Part shown: positions 1 to 7,562 of the stretch, one piece after another
Layout: each line of letters starts with the position of its first letter
How positions within the stretch are numbered: position 1 is the stretch's first letter
Origin: Opitutales bacterium
GTDB lineage: Bacteria; Verrucomicrobiota; Verrucomicrobiia; Opitutales; PNEW01
Direction: 5' to 3'
DNA: 32,000 nt
NCBI GenBank assembly: GCA_965219535.1
Contig: CBDCNV010000001.1
Span: 480,001 to 512,000 of the forward strand
Program-made: the position numbers and the translations under genes
Notes under the pieces: generated by a model
Told to the model about the DNA's origin: nothing
What the model saw: the letters and a program-made list of their open reading frames with translations, nothing else
Database searches by the model: none

Positions 1-654
1 TAAGCGTGCACGCGCTTTTTGAAAATAGCACGAATCAGGGTTGCAATGACGACGGTTACAGGCCGACGTGTCGGCGTTCACCCATTCCCAAACGGCGGGG
101 TGAGGCATTGGGTTTAATTCATGAATAATGCCACTTTGTGTGTGGCGCGACCACTCAATTATACGATCGAGTTCTTGCTGCTCTGGGGTGGGAAAAAGGT
201 CTAATTTCGACTCAATGGCTTGAGAGAGCCGTGTTGAGCACAGGTAATTGCCACGTCCTACAAGGAGGGCAGTCTTAAAGTCTTTATATTTTATCAGATC
301 GGGCTGTTCTTGAAATAACTGTCTGCACAAAGGGAGGTCTTTTCTTTGGATCTGCTCCTGGAGAGCTATAGTATGCGTTGATATAATACACTGTCGATTA
401 GTATCGACGGCGTAAATAATCGCGGGAATCAGATAAGCCATACTTTTTCCAACACCCGTTCCGGCTTCAAAAATCAGGGAAGAATCCGTCGTAAATGCCT
501 GGGCAGTGGCAATTGCCATTTGTTCCTGTTCAGGTCGATACTCTAAATCTAAAGCATTTTGCAGCCACCCGTCCTCACAGAACGTATTTTCTGTAATATC
601 GGGAACAAAATCTGGTTCCCTGTTATTATCATACGCTTCTTTCAGGCCGATCAT
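1..654 (-). CDS. dinG: DinG-family ATP-dependent DNA helicase, N-terminal part; the gene runs off the left window edge
   Basis: Not in the ORF track because no stop occurs before the edge. Hand translation from the ATG (complement of 652-654) gives MIGLKEAYDNNREPDF...LIFEAGTGVGKSMAYLIPAI (Walker A GTGxGKS), then ISTHTIALQEQ and a Cys-rich stretch ACNRRHCNPDSCYF like the DinG/XPD Fe-S segment. The frame stays open to base 1. Confidence 0.6.
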   Translation of the reverse strand, partial: MIGLKEAYDNNREPDFVPDITENTFCEDGWLQNALDLEYRPEQEQMAIATAQAFTTDSSLIFEAGTGVGKSMAYLIPAIIYAVDTNRQCIISTHTIALQEQIQRKDLPLCRQLFQEQPDLIKYKDFKTALLVGRGNYLCSTRLSQAIESKLDLFPTPEQQELDRIIEWSRHTQSGIIHELNPMPHPAVWEWVNADTSACNRRHCNPDSCYFQKARARL

Positions 655-767
655 CTTATTATTTTTCGGTATTTTTTAGCTGCGGTAATTATTGAAGGAA
701 GATTGTGGCAATGACGATTAAGATTTTGAGTTTGCTTTTTAACAGCGTCGTGGCAAGGAGTAGAGAT

Positions 768-1475
768 ATGCCAGATTCGTTGATCCAAAAACTGCTTGTT
801 CTACAGGATTGTGATGTAAACTGCGACCGGTTGGAGCAGCAGATAAAAAACATTCCTCTTGAGATCCAAAGGTTTAAAAATAAAATAAAAGAGGAAATAG
901 CCAGTATCGAGTTACTTAAGGAAAACTTGATTAATCTGGAGGTCAAAAGAAATGATGTGGATACACGTCTTGGTACCGTTGAAGAACAGCTTGGCAAATA
1001 TAAAACCCAACAACTGGAAGTTAAAAAAAATGACGAGTATCAAGCTTTGGAGCACGAAATTTCGACCCTCAACGTGCGCAAAGATGAACTCGAGGATGAG
1101 GAAATAACTGTGCTCATCGACATCGACGAGCAAAAAGAGAAGGCCATAGCAGAAGAATCGAGCTACAATAAAAATATTAAGGAGCTCGAGGGGCACATAG
1201 CCAGATTGCGTGAACAGGAAAAAGAAGTGGAAACACAATTGGTTGAGGCGAAACGGGCCAGCGATAATGCCTCTGCAGAGATTGATTCTAAAGTTTTAAG
1301 TGTATTCAAAATGATTAAAACCAGTATTAATCGCAGCCCCTATGTTGTGCCATTGGAGGGGAGTAAATGTACAGGTTGTTACATTCGTGTCTCTAAAGAT
1401 GTGGAAAACGCCGCGCATAAAACTGAAGAATTGGTACGTTGCAGCAATTGCAACCGGATAGTTTATCAGCTCTGA
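768..1475 (+). CDS. COG1579/DUF164-type coiled-coil protein with a C-terminal C4 zinc ribbon
   Basis: The tracked ORF is 705-1475 and starts at GTG. I prefer the ATG at 768 because AAGGAG (755-760) sits 7 nt upstream. The body is a long heptad-like K/E-rich coiled coil. The C-terminus has CTGC...(x19)...CSNC, a zinc-ribbon pattern. Confidence 0.7.
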   Translation: MPDSLIQKLLVLQDCDVNCDRLEQQIKNIPLEIQRFKNKIKEEIASIELLKENLINLEVKRNDVDTRLGTVEEQLGKYKTQQLEVKKNDEYQALEHEISTLNVRKDELEDEEITVLIDIDEQKEKAIAEESSYNKNIKELEGHIARLREQEKEVETQLVEAKRASDNASAEIDSKVLSVFKMIKTSINRSPYVVPLEGSKCTGCYIRVSKDVENAAHKTEELVRCSNCNRIVYQL

Positions 1476-1510
1476 ATTCGTTTTGCTCTAAAATTAATGC
1501 AAAAAGTCCC

Positions 1511-1539
1511 TTGCTCCCTGAAATAAAAAGGCTTATGTT
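1511..1539 (+). promoter_or_regulatory. Candidate sigma70-type promoter for rnpB
   Basis: TTGCTC (1511-1516), a 17-nt spacer, then TATGTT (1534-1539). This lies 7 nt before the first base of the predicted P1 stem at 1547. Confidence 0.35.
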
Positions 1540-1546
1540 TTAATTT

Positions 1547-1948
1547 CGGTTTTCGGGGAGAATGCATTCGCTCTGATTCTTGCAATTGGAGAGGAAAGTC
1601 CGGACATCAAAGGGCAGGATTCCTCGCGAAAGCGAGGGCGTTTTCGGTTCAAACTGAGAATGACGGATAGTGTCACAGAAAATAAACCGCCCTGTAGGGT
1701 AAAAGCTGCAGGGTAAGGGTGAAAAGGTGGGGTAAGAGCTCACCGCCCTGAGGGCAACCAAGGGGGCATGATAAACCCAATCCGGTGCAAGACCAAATAG
1801 GGGACCGGGTGGCCCGCCCATCGGTCCCGGGTGAGTCGCACTCCTTTTACGAGGAGATCGGGTCGCGATTTCGCGGTCTGATAGATAGATGAATGCACTC
1901 GTCCTTTTAGGACGGGACAGAATCCGGCTTAATCTCCCCTGAAAACCG
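1547..1948 (+). ncRNA. rnpB: RNase P RNA, bacterial type A
   Basis: Conserved strings are GAGAGGAAAGTCCGGAC near the 5' end, GGGTAAGGGTGAAAAGGTGGGGTAAGAGCTCACCGCCCTGAGGGCAA in the centre and ACAGAATCCGGCTTAA near the 3' end. The termini pair as P1: CGGTTTTCGGGGAGA at 1547 onward with TCTCCCCTGAAAACCG ending at 1948. The ends are approximate, within a few nt. Confidence 0.9.
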
Positions 1949-2017
1949 ACTTTCAATTTAGAGGCTGTCGGGCTCTGCCCGCGGTAAGATGTAGGATTGC
2001 GGATTTGCGATATTTTT

Positions 2018-2050
2018 CCGCGAGAATCGTGTTATCCGCGGTTTATTTTC
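2018..2050 (+). terminator. Weak hairpin plus T-rich tract, a possible rnpB terminator
   Basis: CCGCG (2018-2022) pairs with CGCGG (2037-2041), followed by TTTATTTTC. The stem is only 5 bp with a 14-nt loop, so this is a weak call. Confidence 0.2.
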
Positions 2051-2054
2051 TTTA

Positions 2055-2083
2055 TTGACAGAATGGAGCTTGATAAGCACATT
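2055..2083 (+). promoter_or_regulatory. Candidate promoter for rpsT
   Basis: A perfect TTGACA (2055-2060), a 17-nt spacer, then CACATT (2078-2083). This is about 25 nt upstream of the rpsT ATG. Confidence 0.3.
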
Positions 2084-2107
2084 CCACCTTTCAATTTTTT
2101 ATATACT

Positions 2108-2362
2108 ATGCCTAATCTCAAATCTTCGATAAAAGATACCCGCCGGATCATAACAAGAACGGCGAGAAATCGGAGTATAAAGAGTCGACTTAAGACTTTA
2201 CAACAGAATCTGAGTGAATCGGTTGAAAATAAAGATAAAACCGAGATCAAGGAAGCTGCTAAAAATTACGTGTCTGCATTGGATAAAGCAGTGAAGAGAG
2301 GAATCATTCACCGAAATAAAGCAAGTCGGCATAAATCTGAATGTTCAAAATATCTGGGGTAG
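2108..2362 (+). CDS. rpsT: 30S ribosomal protein S20
   Basis: The tracked ORF 1997-2362 has an implausible N-terminal extension. From the internal ATG at 2108 the product is MPNLKSSIKDTRRIITRTARNRSIKSRLKT...AVKRGIIHRNKASRHKS, 84 aa, a typical bS20 sequence and length. Confidence 0.9.
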   Translation: MPNLKSSIKDTRRIITRTARNRSIKSRLKTLQQNLSESVENKDKTEIKEAAKNYVSALDKAVKRGIIHRNKASRHKSECSKYLG

Positions 2363-2397
2363 ACCCTTTTCATCGCTACGCTTGACTTAATAATATT

Positions 2398-2493
2398 ATG
2401 GGGAATCTCAGGAAAAAACGTCGTCGCAAAATTGCCCAACATAAACGCCGCAAACGGTTAAGGGCGAACCGCCACAAAAAGCGTACCTGGTAG
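2398..2493 (+). CDS. 31-aa Arg/Lys-rich protein resembling ribosomal protein bS22 (AURKAIP1/COX24-domain small protein)
   Basis: Hand translation gives ATG GGG AAT CTC AGG AAA AAA CGT ... ACC TGG TAG, i.e. [31 protein letters not shown]. It is too short for the ORF track. It sits 35 nt downstream of rpsT on the same strand. The MG-x-(K/R) run and the HKRRK core match my memory of actinobacterial and Bacteroidota bS22. Confidence 0.65.
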   Translation: MGNLRKKRRRKIAQHKRRKRLRANRHKKRTW

Positions 2494-2586
2494 AAAACCT
2501 GAGAGTATGATCTTGGGCGATGGCATGTCTCCATTGAATAAAATCCTGAGTGCGTCGAATTTCGTTGATACAAACAGATTTTATTG

Positions 2587-3459
2587 ATGAAGCATAAATT
2601 TAATGGTGCCTGGCCGGCTTTGGTTACTCCTCTGGATCCAGACGGTAAAGTTAATACTTCAGTAATAAAAGATCTGGTAGATTATCTTCTAGACAAGAAA
2701 GTTGGGGGCTTTTACCTCTGTGGCGCAACGGGGCAGGGGATATTTTTATCAGTCCCGGAACGTAAGCGGGTATTGGAAACCGTAACACATCATATTCAGG
2801 ATCGCGTGCCGGTTATTGTTCACACGGGGAGTATGGTGATGCATGATGCGATAGAATTAACGCGACATGCGTGTGAAAATGGAGCGAATGGAATTAGCAG
2901 TATTATTCCCCCTCTTTATATGGGAGACAGCGTTTATCCCTATTTTGAAGCTGTTGCCAATGCTGCCCAGGATTTACCTCTTCTGCCTTACCTTTATGGG
3001 GTGGGTGAAGAAATATTGCATGAACTTAAACAGATTCCAAATGTTATTGGCACAAAATATACTGGTCCCGACATGGATGAACTAAAACGTATAATCGACA
3101 TCGGTGGGGATGAGTGGACTGTCTTCTCGGGTATGGATGAACATTGTGTTTTCTGTTTGATGATGGGTGTTTCCGGAAACGTGGGATCTTCAGTTAATGT
3201 TCTAGCCGGATCGTATAAAAAAATCCATGAGTACTGCGCGTCCGGAAATTACGATGAAGGAGTAGCCCTCCAGCTGAAGATAAATGAAGTTATAAATATT
3301 TTTAAATTTTATGGTTATCCTGGCGCACTCAAAGAAGCACTGCGCTTATTGGGTATGGATTGCGGAATTCCTACACCTCCAGGTTTGCCGGTGCCGAAGG
3401 ACAAAGTTAAGGAACTCCACATAAAACTCGAAGCTATTGATTTTATGTCGTTGGCGTAA
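2587..3459 (+). CDS. Dihydrodipicolinate synthase / N-acetylneuraminate lyase family (class I aldolase) protein
   Basis: The track starts at TTG 2584, and the ATG at 2587 is the next codon. Motifs are LCGATGQG (GxTGE-like), IIPPLY and IGTKYTG, which holds the Schiff-base Lys position. The specific substrate cannot be told from the sequence. Confidence 0.75.
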   Translation: MKHKFNGAWPALVTPLDPDGKVNTSVIKDLVDYLLDKKVGGFYLCGATGQGIFLSVPERKRVLETVTHHIQDRVPVIVHTGSMVMHDAIELTRHACENGANGISSIIPPLYMGDSVYPYFEAVANAAQDLPLLPYLYGVGEEILHELKQIPNVIGTKYTGPDMDELKRIIDIGGDEWTVFSGMDEHCVFCLMMGVSGNVGSSVNVLAGSYKKIHEYCASGNYDEGVALQLKINEVINIFKFYGYPGALKEALRLLGMDCGIPTPPGLPVPKDKVKELHIKLEAIDFMSLA

Positions 3460-3469
3460 GGGGACGCGG

Positions 3470-4831
3470 TCAATCCACGGTGACTTCGACATCACCGTCA
3501 TAAAACTGGTTTTTTAATTTATTTCCTTTAACGATTCCACTTTTACGGTTGACGATTTCACCTTTCTCATTTTTTACGAGAACGAACCCGCGTTTAAGCG
3601 TTTGTTCAGGACTAATATCGTTCATTCGTTTTGATAGCTGGTTGGTTTTCTCGCGCGGTTTGTCCAAAACGATTTGCACAATCCTGTTATAACGCGCTTT
3701 CAACGACTTATATTGCAGGGTTGCCAATTGAAAGCGGCTTTCAGGTGAAACGGCGTAGAGACGCGCGACAAGTCTACCAAGGCTATTCCTCCCATCGGCA
3801 ATACGCTCTTTAATAAATGCTCGCTGGCGATTCGAGAGATCATCTAGACGGAGATAAAAATGCTCTATGAGTTGCTTTGGGGAGAGACCTTCAAGACGGC
3901 TTTTTTGCAATTCCAAGTGTGCATCCAGGCGGTCGATGCGATTGAATACATTATTCTCGAGTGAATCAACAGCCTGGAAAAGCCTATCCTTGTAATCCTG
4001 AAAACGGGTGGTGATGAGTTCAGCTGCTGCGGATGGTGTTTCTGCACGGTGGTCGGCGACAAAGTCGCTGAGGGTGTAATCAATTTCATGACCAACTGCG
4101 GAAATGACAGGAATATCACAGTCCGCCATCGCACGGACAACCACTTCCTCATTGAAGGGCCAGAGGTCCTCCAGGCTACCACCCCCTCTACCCATCACGA
4201 GCAATTCAATCTCCTTCATTTTTGATACGAGACCTAACATGGAAACGATATCTTCAGCCGCTCCCTTACCCTGCACTTTGGCCGGAAAAATAATGAGACG
4301 GCCACACCATTTCTGGCGTTGCATAATGCTGATAAAATCACGTATGGCGGCACCTGTCGGGGATGTGATAAATCCGATCGTGCGTGGTATTAATGGTAAT
4401 GGCTTTTTTCTTTCAGCATCGAAAAGTCCCTCCCCATCAAGTAATTTTTTAAGCCGTTCAAATTCCAGCTGCAGTCTACCCGAGCCATCTTCAATGATAA
4501 AGCGAACGATTAATTGATAAGTTCCTCGCGGTTCATAAACATTCACCCGCCCATAGGCGATGATTTCTAATCCATCGCACAATTCCACGTTTAGTCTCAA
4601 AGCATCTCCTCGAAAGACAACTGCCGATAAAACGCTGTTACTATCTTTCAATGAAAAATAACAATGGCCACTGGACTGCCGACGAAAGTTGGATATTTCA
4701 CCACGTATCCAGCAATCGGATAGCTGGGATTCGAGAACTTCTTTAACTTGCTCCGTAAACTGTGATACCGTGAGAATCTGGTTATCTGCGGGTATTAGAC
4801 TCTCTTCAATTAAATTTGGCATAACGTTCAC
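3470..4831 (-). CDS. xseA: Exodeoxyribonuclease VII large subunit
   Basis: 453 aa. N-terminal OB fold (LTVSQFTEQVKEVLES...WIRGEISNFRRQSSGHCYFSLKD), a GRGGGSLEDLWPFNEE core and a long C-terminal coiled coil. Confidence 0.9.
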   Translation of the reverse strand: MNVMPNLIEESLIPADNQILTVSQFTEQVKEVLESQLSDCWIRGEISNFRRQSSGHCYFSLKDSNSVLSAVVFRGDALRLNVELCDGLEIIAYGRVNVYEPRGTYQLIVRFIIEDGSGRLQLEFERLKKLLDGEGLFDAERKKPLPLIPRTIGFITSPTGAAIRDFISIMQRQKWCGRLIIFPAKVQGKGAAEDIVSMLGLVSKMKEIELLVMGRGGGSLEDLWPFNEEVVVRAMADCDIPVISAVGHEIDYTLSDFVADHRAETPSAAAELITTRFQDYKDRLFQAVDSLENNVFNRIDRLDAHLELQKSRLEGLSPKQLIEHFYLRLDDLSNRQRAFIKERIADGRNSLGRLVARLYAVSPESRFQLATLQYKSLKARYNRIVQIVLDKPREKTNQLSKRMNDISPEQTLKRGFVLVKNEKGEIVNRKSGIVKGNKLKNQFYDGDVEVTVD

Positions 4832-5474
4832 GAATTAATTTTGTGATCAGGATAAGAGCGATAACGAGACAAATACCGTAAACAGCAAGACCGAGATTGC
4901 CTTCAAATGCGGATTCACCGAGAACGATAAATGCTAGCGCCCACAGCATTTCCAGTGGCCAGGCTATTAGAATATAGGGTTTAAAAGGTACCCCCGCGAG
5001 GCTATTAAGATAATTTTTTAAGAAATAGGGAATTCCCGGAGTGATGCGTAATACGATTGAGAGCTTGATGTACTCAGCGGGATATACCTGTAGAACAGTG
5101 TAAGAATATTTAGAGACAATCTTATCGATAAGGGGTCGAAGAAAACCAGTTGCCAAATAATGTGCCAGCGAAAGGTTGACGAAAATGGCCGCGGCACTGG
5201 CAGCGAGACTAAACCCAACTCCATAAATGGTTCCGCTAATGAGATAAAACGGGCTCATCGGTATGGGGAAGAGGGGGAGAAATGCCATAAGCCCAAAGAA
5301 GATTACAGCGGGGAAATCTCGCATCTTGGACCAGAACCAATTTCCAATCTCGAATATTAAAGGTGATAACTCTTCCCAGTATAGCCAAGTACATACGCCT
5401 GCAATAACAACCATAATAAAACTAATCACCAATAAAGGTATGGCATGTTTATGGCTTAATAAGCGTTTCAACAT
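4806..5474 (-). CDS. TVP38/TMEM64 (DedA-related, VTT-domain) membrane protein
   Basis: 222 aa and polytopic. The motifs FPLFPIPMSPFYLISGTIYG and LRITPGIPYFLKNY are typical of the family. Its 3' end overlaps the xseA start by 26 nt. Confidence 0.7.
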   Translation of the reverse strand: MLKRLLSHKHAIPLLVISFIMVVIAGVCTWLYWEELSPLIFEIGNWFWSKMRDFPAVIFFGLMAFLPLFPIPMSPFYLISGTIYGVGFSLAASAAAIFVNLSLAHYLATGFLRPLIDKIVSKYSYTVLQVYPAEYIKLSIVLRITPGIPYFLKNYLNSLAGVPFKPYILIAWPLEMLWALAFIVLGESAFEGNLGLAVYGICLVIALILITKLIRERYAKFN

Positions 5475-5612
5475 AGGTGGATTGTTTAGCGTTGTAAGCT
5501 TGTCAGGACAACGCTATTTTCTATCCATTGGAATTGATATTCCAGGTTATTTACCAATCTATTCGATTAATAGCTATGCCGCGTCTACATTATTGCCGTA
5601 AAAGAAATAGTT

Positions 5613-7553
5613 ATGCTGACTGTCTTTCGTGACCAGGCAATTAAGTGGGTATTGTTGGCCACGTTAGGATACGGGCTTCTCTATCTATCCTGGTATTGGG
5701 GGACGCCACTCGGACAATCCCCAGTGCTGGACGGAGCGGAGAATCTGGTCATCGCTGAAGCCATTGCGGATGCAACTTTGCCAACTGAACCTTTTTACCG
5801 CGCGATGCTCTATCCCTGCGTGTTATCAGTTTTTTTTATTTTTGGATTAACACCCGAAGGAACTTTTCTCGCGACCCAACTTTTGGGTTTAATTACTCAT
5901 CTTTGTTCAACGGGGATAATATTTTATCTTTCTTCGCATTTATTTAATAATCGAAAGAGCGCATTGATGGCGGCTGTGCTTTTTGGCTTAAATCCCGTAG
6001 TCATCTATTTTGCCGTAGATCCTCTGGATGTTACTTTAGGAATATTCTTATTTTTAATCGGCCTATGTGGATTACTCCCTCTATTTAAGGATTCGAATGC
6101 CACAAGTTTAACGCGTGTTAATATCGGATGCCTTATGACAGGACTATTCTGGGGTTTGGCGACACTGGTCAGGCCTCATTTTATCGTCGTTTATCTGGCG
6201 TCACCAATCATTCTTGGTTTTGCACTCTTAAAATGGAAAGCGAGTGTAAGAGCTTCGATTATAATTTTATTTGTCGGTGGCGCTGTCTTAAGCATAGGCG
6301 GGTTAATTCAATACTACCATTCCGGATCGATTAGAATTATGCCCTGGCAAGGAGCTTATAATTTGTGGGCTGCAAACGAATCAGGTGCCAATGGGAAATT
6401 CTTTAAGCAAAAAATTTTTATTGAAAAATCAGATACCCACGTAAATCCAGCACGGGTAGAATCAATTAATCTATATTTAAAGGAGACAGGCAAACAACCT
6501 CCGGTCGACATCGATTCAATGAACGCTTATTGGCGAAGTAAATTAGTCATGTCCATTGCCGAGAAACCTGGAACTTGGCTCGCACTCATGATGCGCAAGG
6601 TCTACTACCTGTTTAATAACTATGAACAATATAACAATAAGACATATTTCCTGCATAAACAATTATCCCCCTTTTTGCGTTGGAATCCAATAGGGTGGGG
6701 GTTGTTGTTGATCTTATACGTTGGCGGTTGTCTCCTCGGATTTCGAGAACACCCATCGGCATGGCGCCTGTTGATTATGTTGTCTGCGGTATATGCTGCA
6801 GGTGTGATATTATTCTATGTAAGTTCACGTTTTCGACTGCCACTTGTCGCGTTGTTATGTCTTGGATCAGCAGGATGGACTTCACTTCCGCAGCAATGGA
6901 GACTAATGAATAGTTTATTTAAAGCGGGTTTTATTTCGATTATCGTTATTATAGGCGGTGTTTCTTTTTCTAATTTATTTGAGGCGCGAGACAAATCTAC
7001 GTTTATTCAAGACTACCTCTTAATGGGCAATGCTGCGGCGCGTCTCGGATTTGATGATTCGGCCCATCAATGGGCAATTGCCGCACTTGAGTTGTCACCT
7101 CATCGACCGGATGCAATACGCGTCGCCGTTCTCAGTTTTTATAATTTATATATTGCAGACGCTGAATCAAAAACCGGAGAAACCTGGAGTGACCAACTCA
7201 AACGTTTAAATGCTCATTCAAAAAAAGATCCCATTCTACAATTTATGGAAGGTATCGCGCGTTGGAAAATCGGGCACACAGAAGATGCTGTGCGCCTATG
7301 GCGAAGTTTGAAGGAAGGGGAACAACCAGTAGCTTCAGCTGCTCTCGGGGCGTTGCTTTTATCAGATCACGCAAGCGAAATCGACCTCATTGATGCGAAA
7401 GAGACCGCGTATGAACAAATGGATCCAATACTTAAAGTTGCATTATTGCGCAGAGATCTCTCGGGGGATGGTCCTTTTCTTAAAGAGATTCGTGAGGCTG
7501 AGAATAATATCTTGTTGAATCAACAATTGACACGAATTTTCCCTCAAAAATAA
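5613..7553 (+). CDS. GT-C fold (GT39/ArnT/PMT-like) membrane glycosyltransferase with a C-terminal TPR-like domain
   Basis: 646 aa. About 12 predicted TM helices, with an acidic first loop (PVLDGAENLVIAE) as in polyprenol-phosphate-sugar-dependent GT-C enzymes. The soluble C-terminal region of about 190 aa has helical-repeat character (ARLGFDDSAHQWAIAALELSPHRPDA...). Confidence 0.6.
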   Translation: MLTVFRDQAIKWVLLATLGYGLLYLSWYWGTPLGQSPVLDGAENLVIAEAIADATLPTEPFYRAMLYPCVLSVFFIFGLTPEGTFLATQLLGLITHLCSTGIIFYLSSHLFNNRKSALMAAVLFGLNPVVIYFAVDPLDVTLGIFLFLIGLCGLLPLFKDSNATSLTRVNIGCLMTGLFWGLATLVRPHFIVVYLASPIILGFALLKWKASVRASIIILFVGGAVLSIGGLIQYYHSGSIRIMPWQGAYNLWAANESGANGKFFKQKIFIEKSDTHVNPARVESINLYLKETGKQPPVDIDSMNAYWRSKLVMSIAEKPGTWLALMMRKVYYLFNNYEQYNNKTYFLHKQLSPFLRWNPIGWGLLLILYVGGCLLGFREHPSAWRLLIMLSAVYAAGVILFYVSSRFRLPLVALLCLGSAGWTSLPQQWRLMNSLFKAGFISIIVIIGGVSFSNLFEARDKSTFIQDYLLMGNAAARLGFDDSAHQWAIAALELSPHRPDAIRVAVLSFYNLYIADAESKTGETWSDQLKRLNAHSKKDPILQFMEGIARWKIGHTEDAVRLWRSLKEGEQPVASAALGALLLSDHASEIDLIDAKETAYEQMDPILKVALLRRDLSGDGPFLKEIREAENNILLNQQLTRIFPQK

Positions 7554-7562
7554 CATTCCTGA

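Noticed and set aside
1540-1956. 138-aa ORF on the minus strand
   Set aside because: It lies exactly antisense to the RNase P RNA. The GC-rich structured RNA keeps an accidental frame open, and the product (Pro/Arg/Ser-rich) has no protein-like features.
1997-2107. N-terminal 37-codon extension of the rpsT ORF
   Set aside because: The extension covers the predicted rpsT promoter and has no similarity to S20. The canonical MPNLKSS start at 2108 gives the normal 84-aa length.
2376-2573. 65-aa ORF on the minus strand
   Set aside because: It is antisense to the bS22-like small ORF. Its Arg/Leu-rich sequence is the mirror of the Lys/Arg codon run on the plus strand.
4104-4517. Long antisense ORFs inside xseA, the sulfatase, glycerate kinase, RNase G, rodA and other genes (for example 4104-4517, 15825-16292, 17580-17894, 19244-19699, 20132-20464)
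   Set aside because: Each lies fully within a longer opposite-strand CDS that has clear family motifs. They are typical shadow ORFs.
5263-5601. 112-aa plus-strand ORF spanning the TVP38 5' end and the intergenic region
   Set aside because: It is mostly antisense to a well-supported membrane-protein gene and has low-complexity composition.
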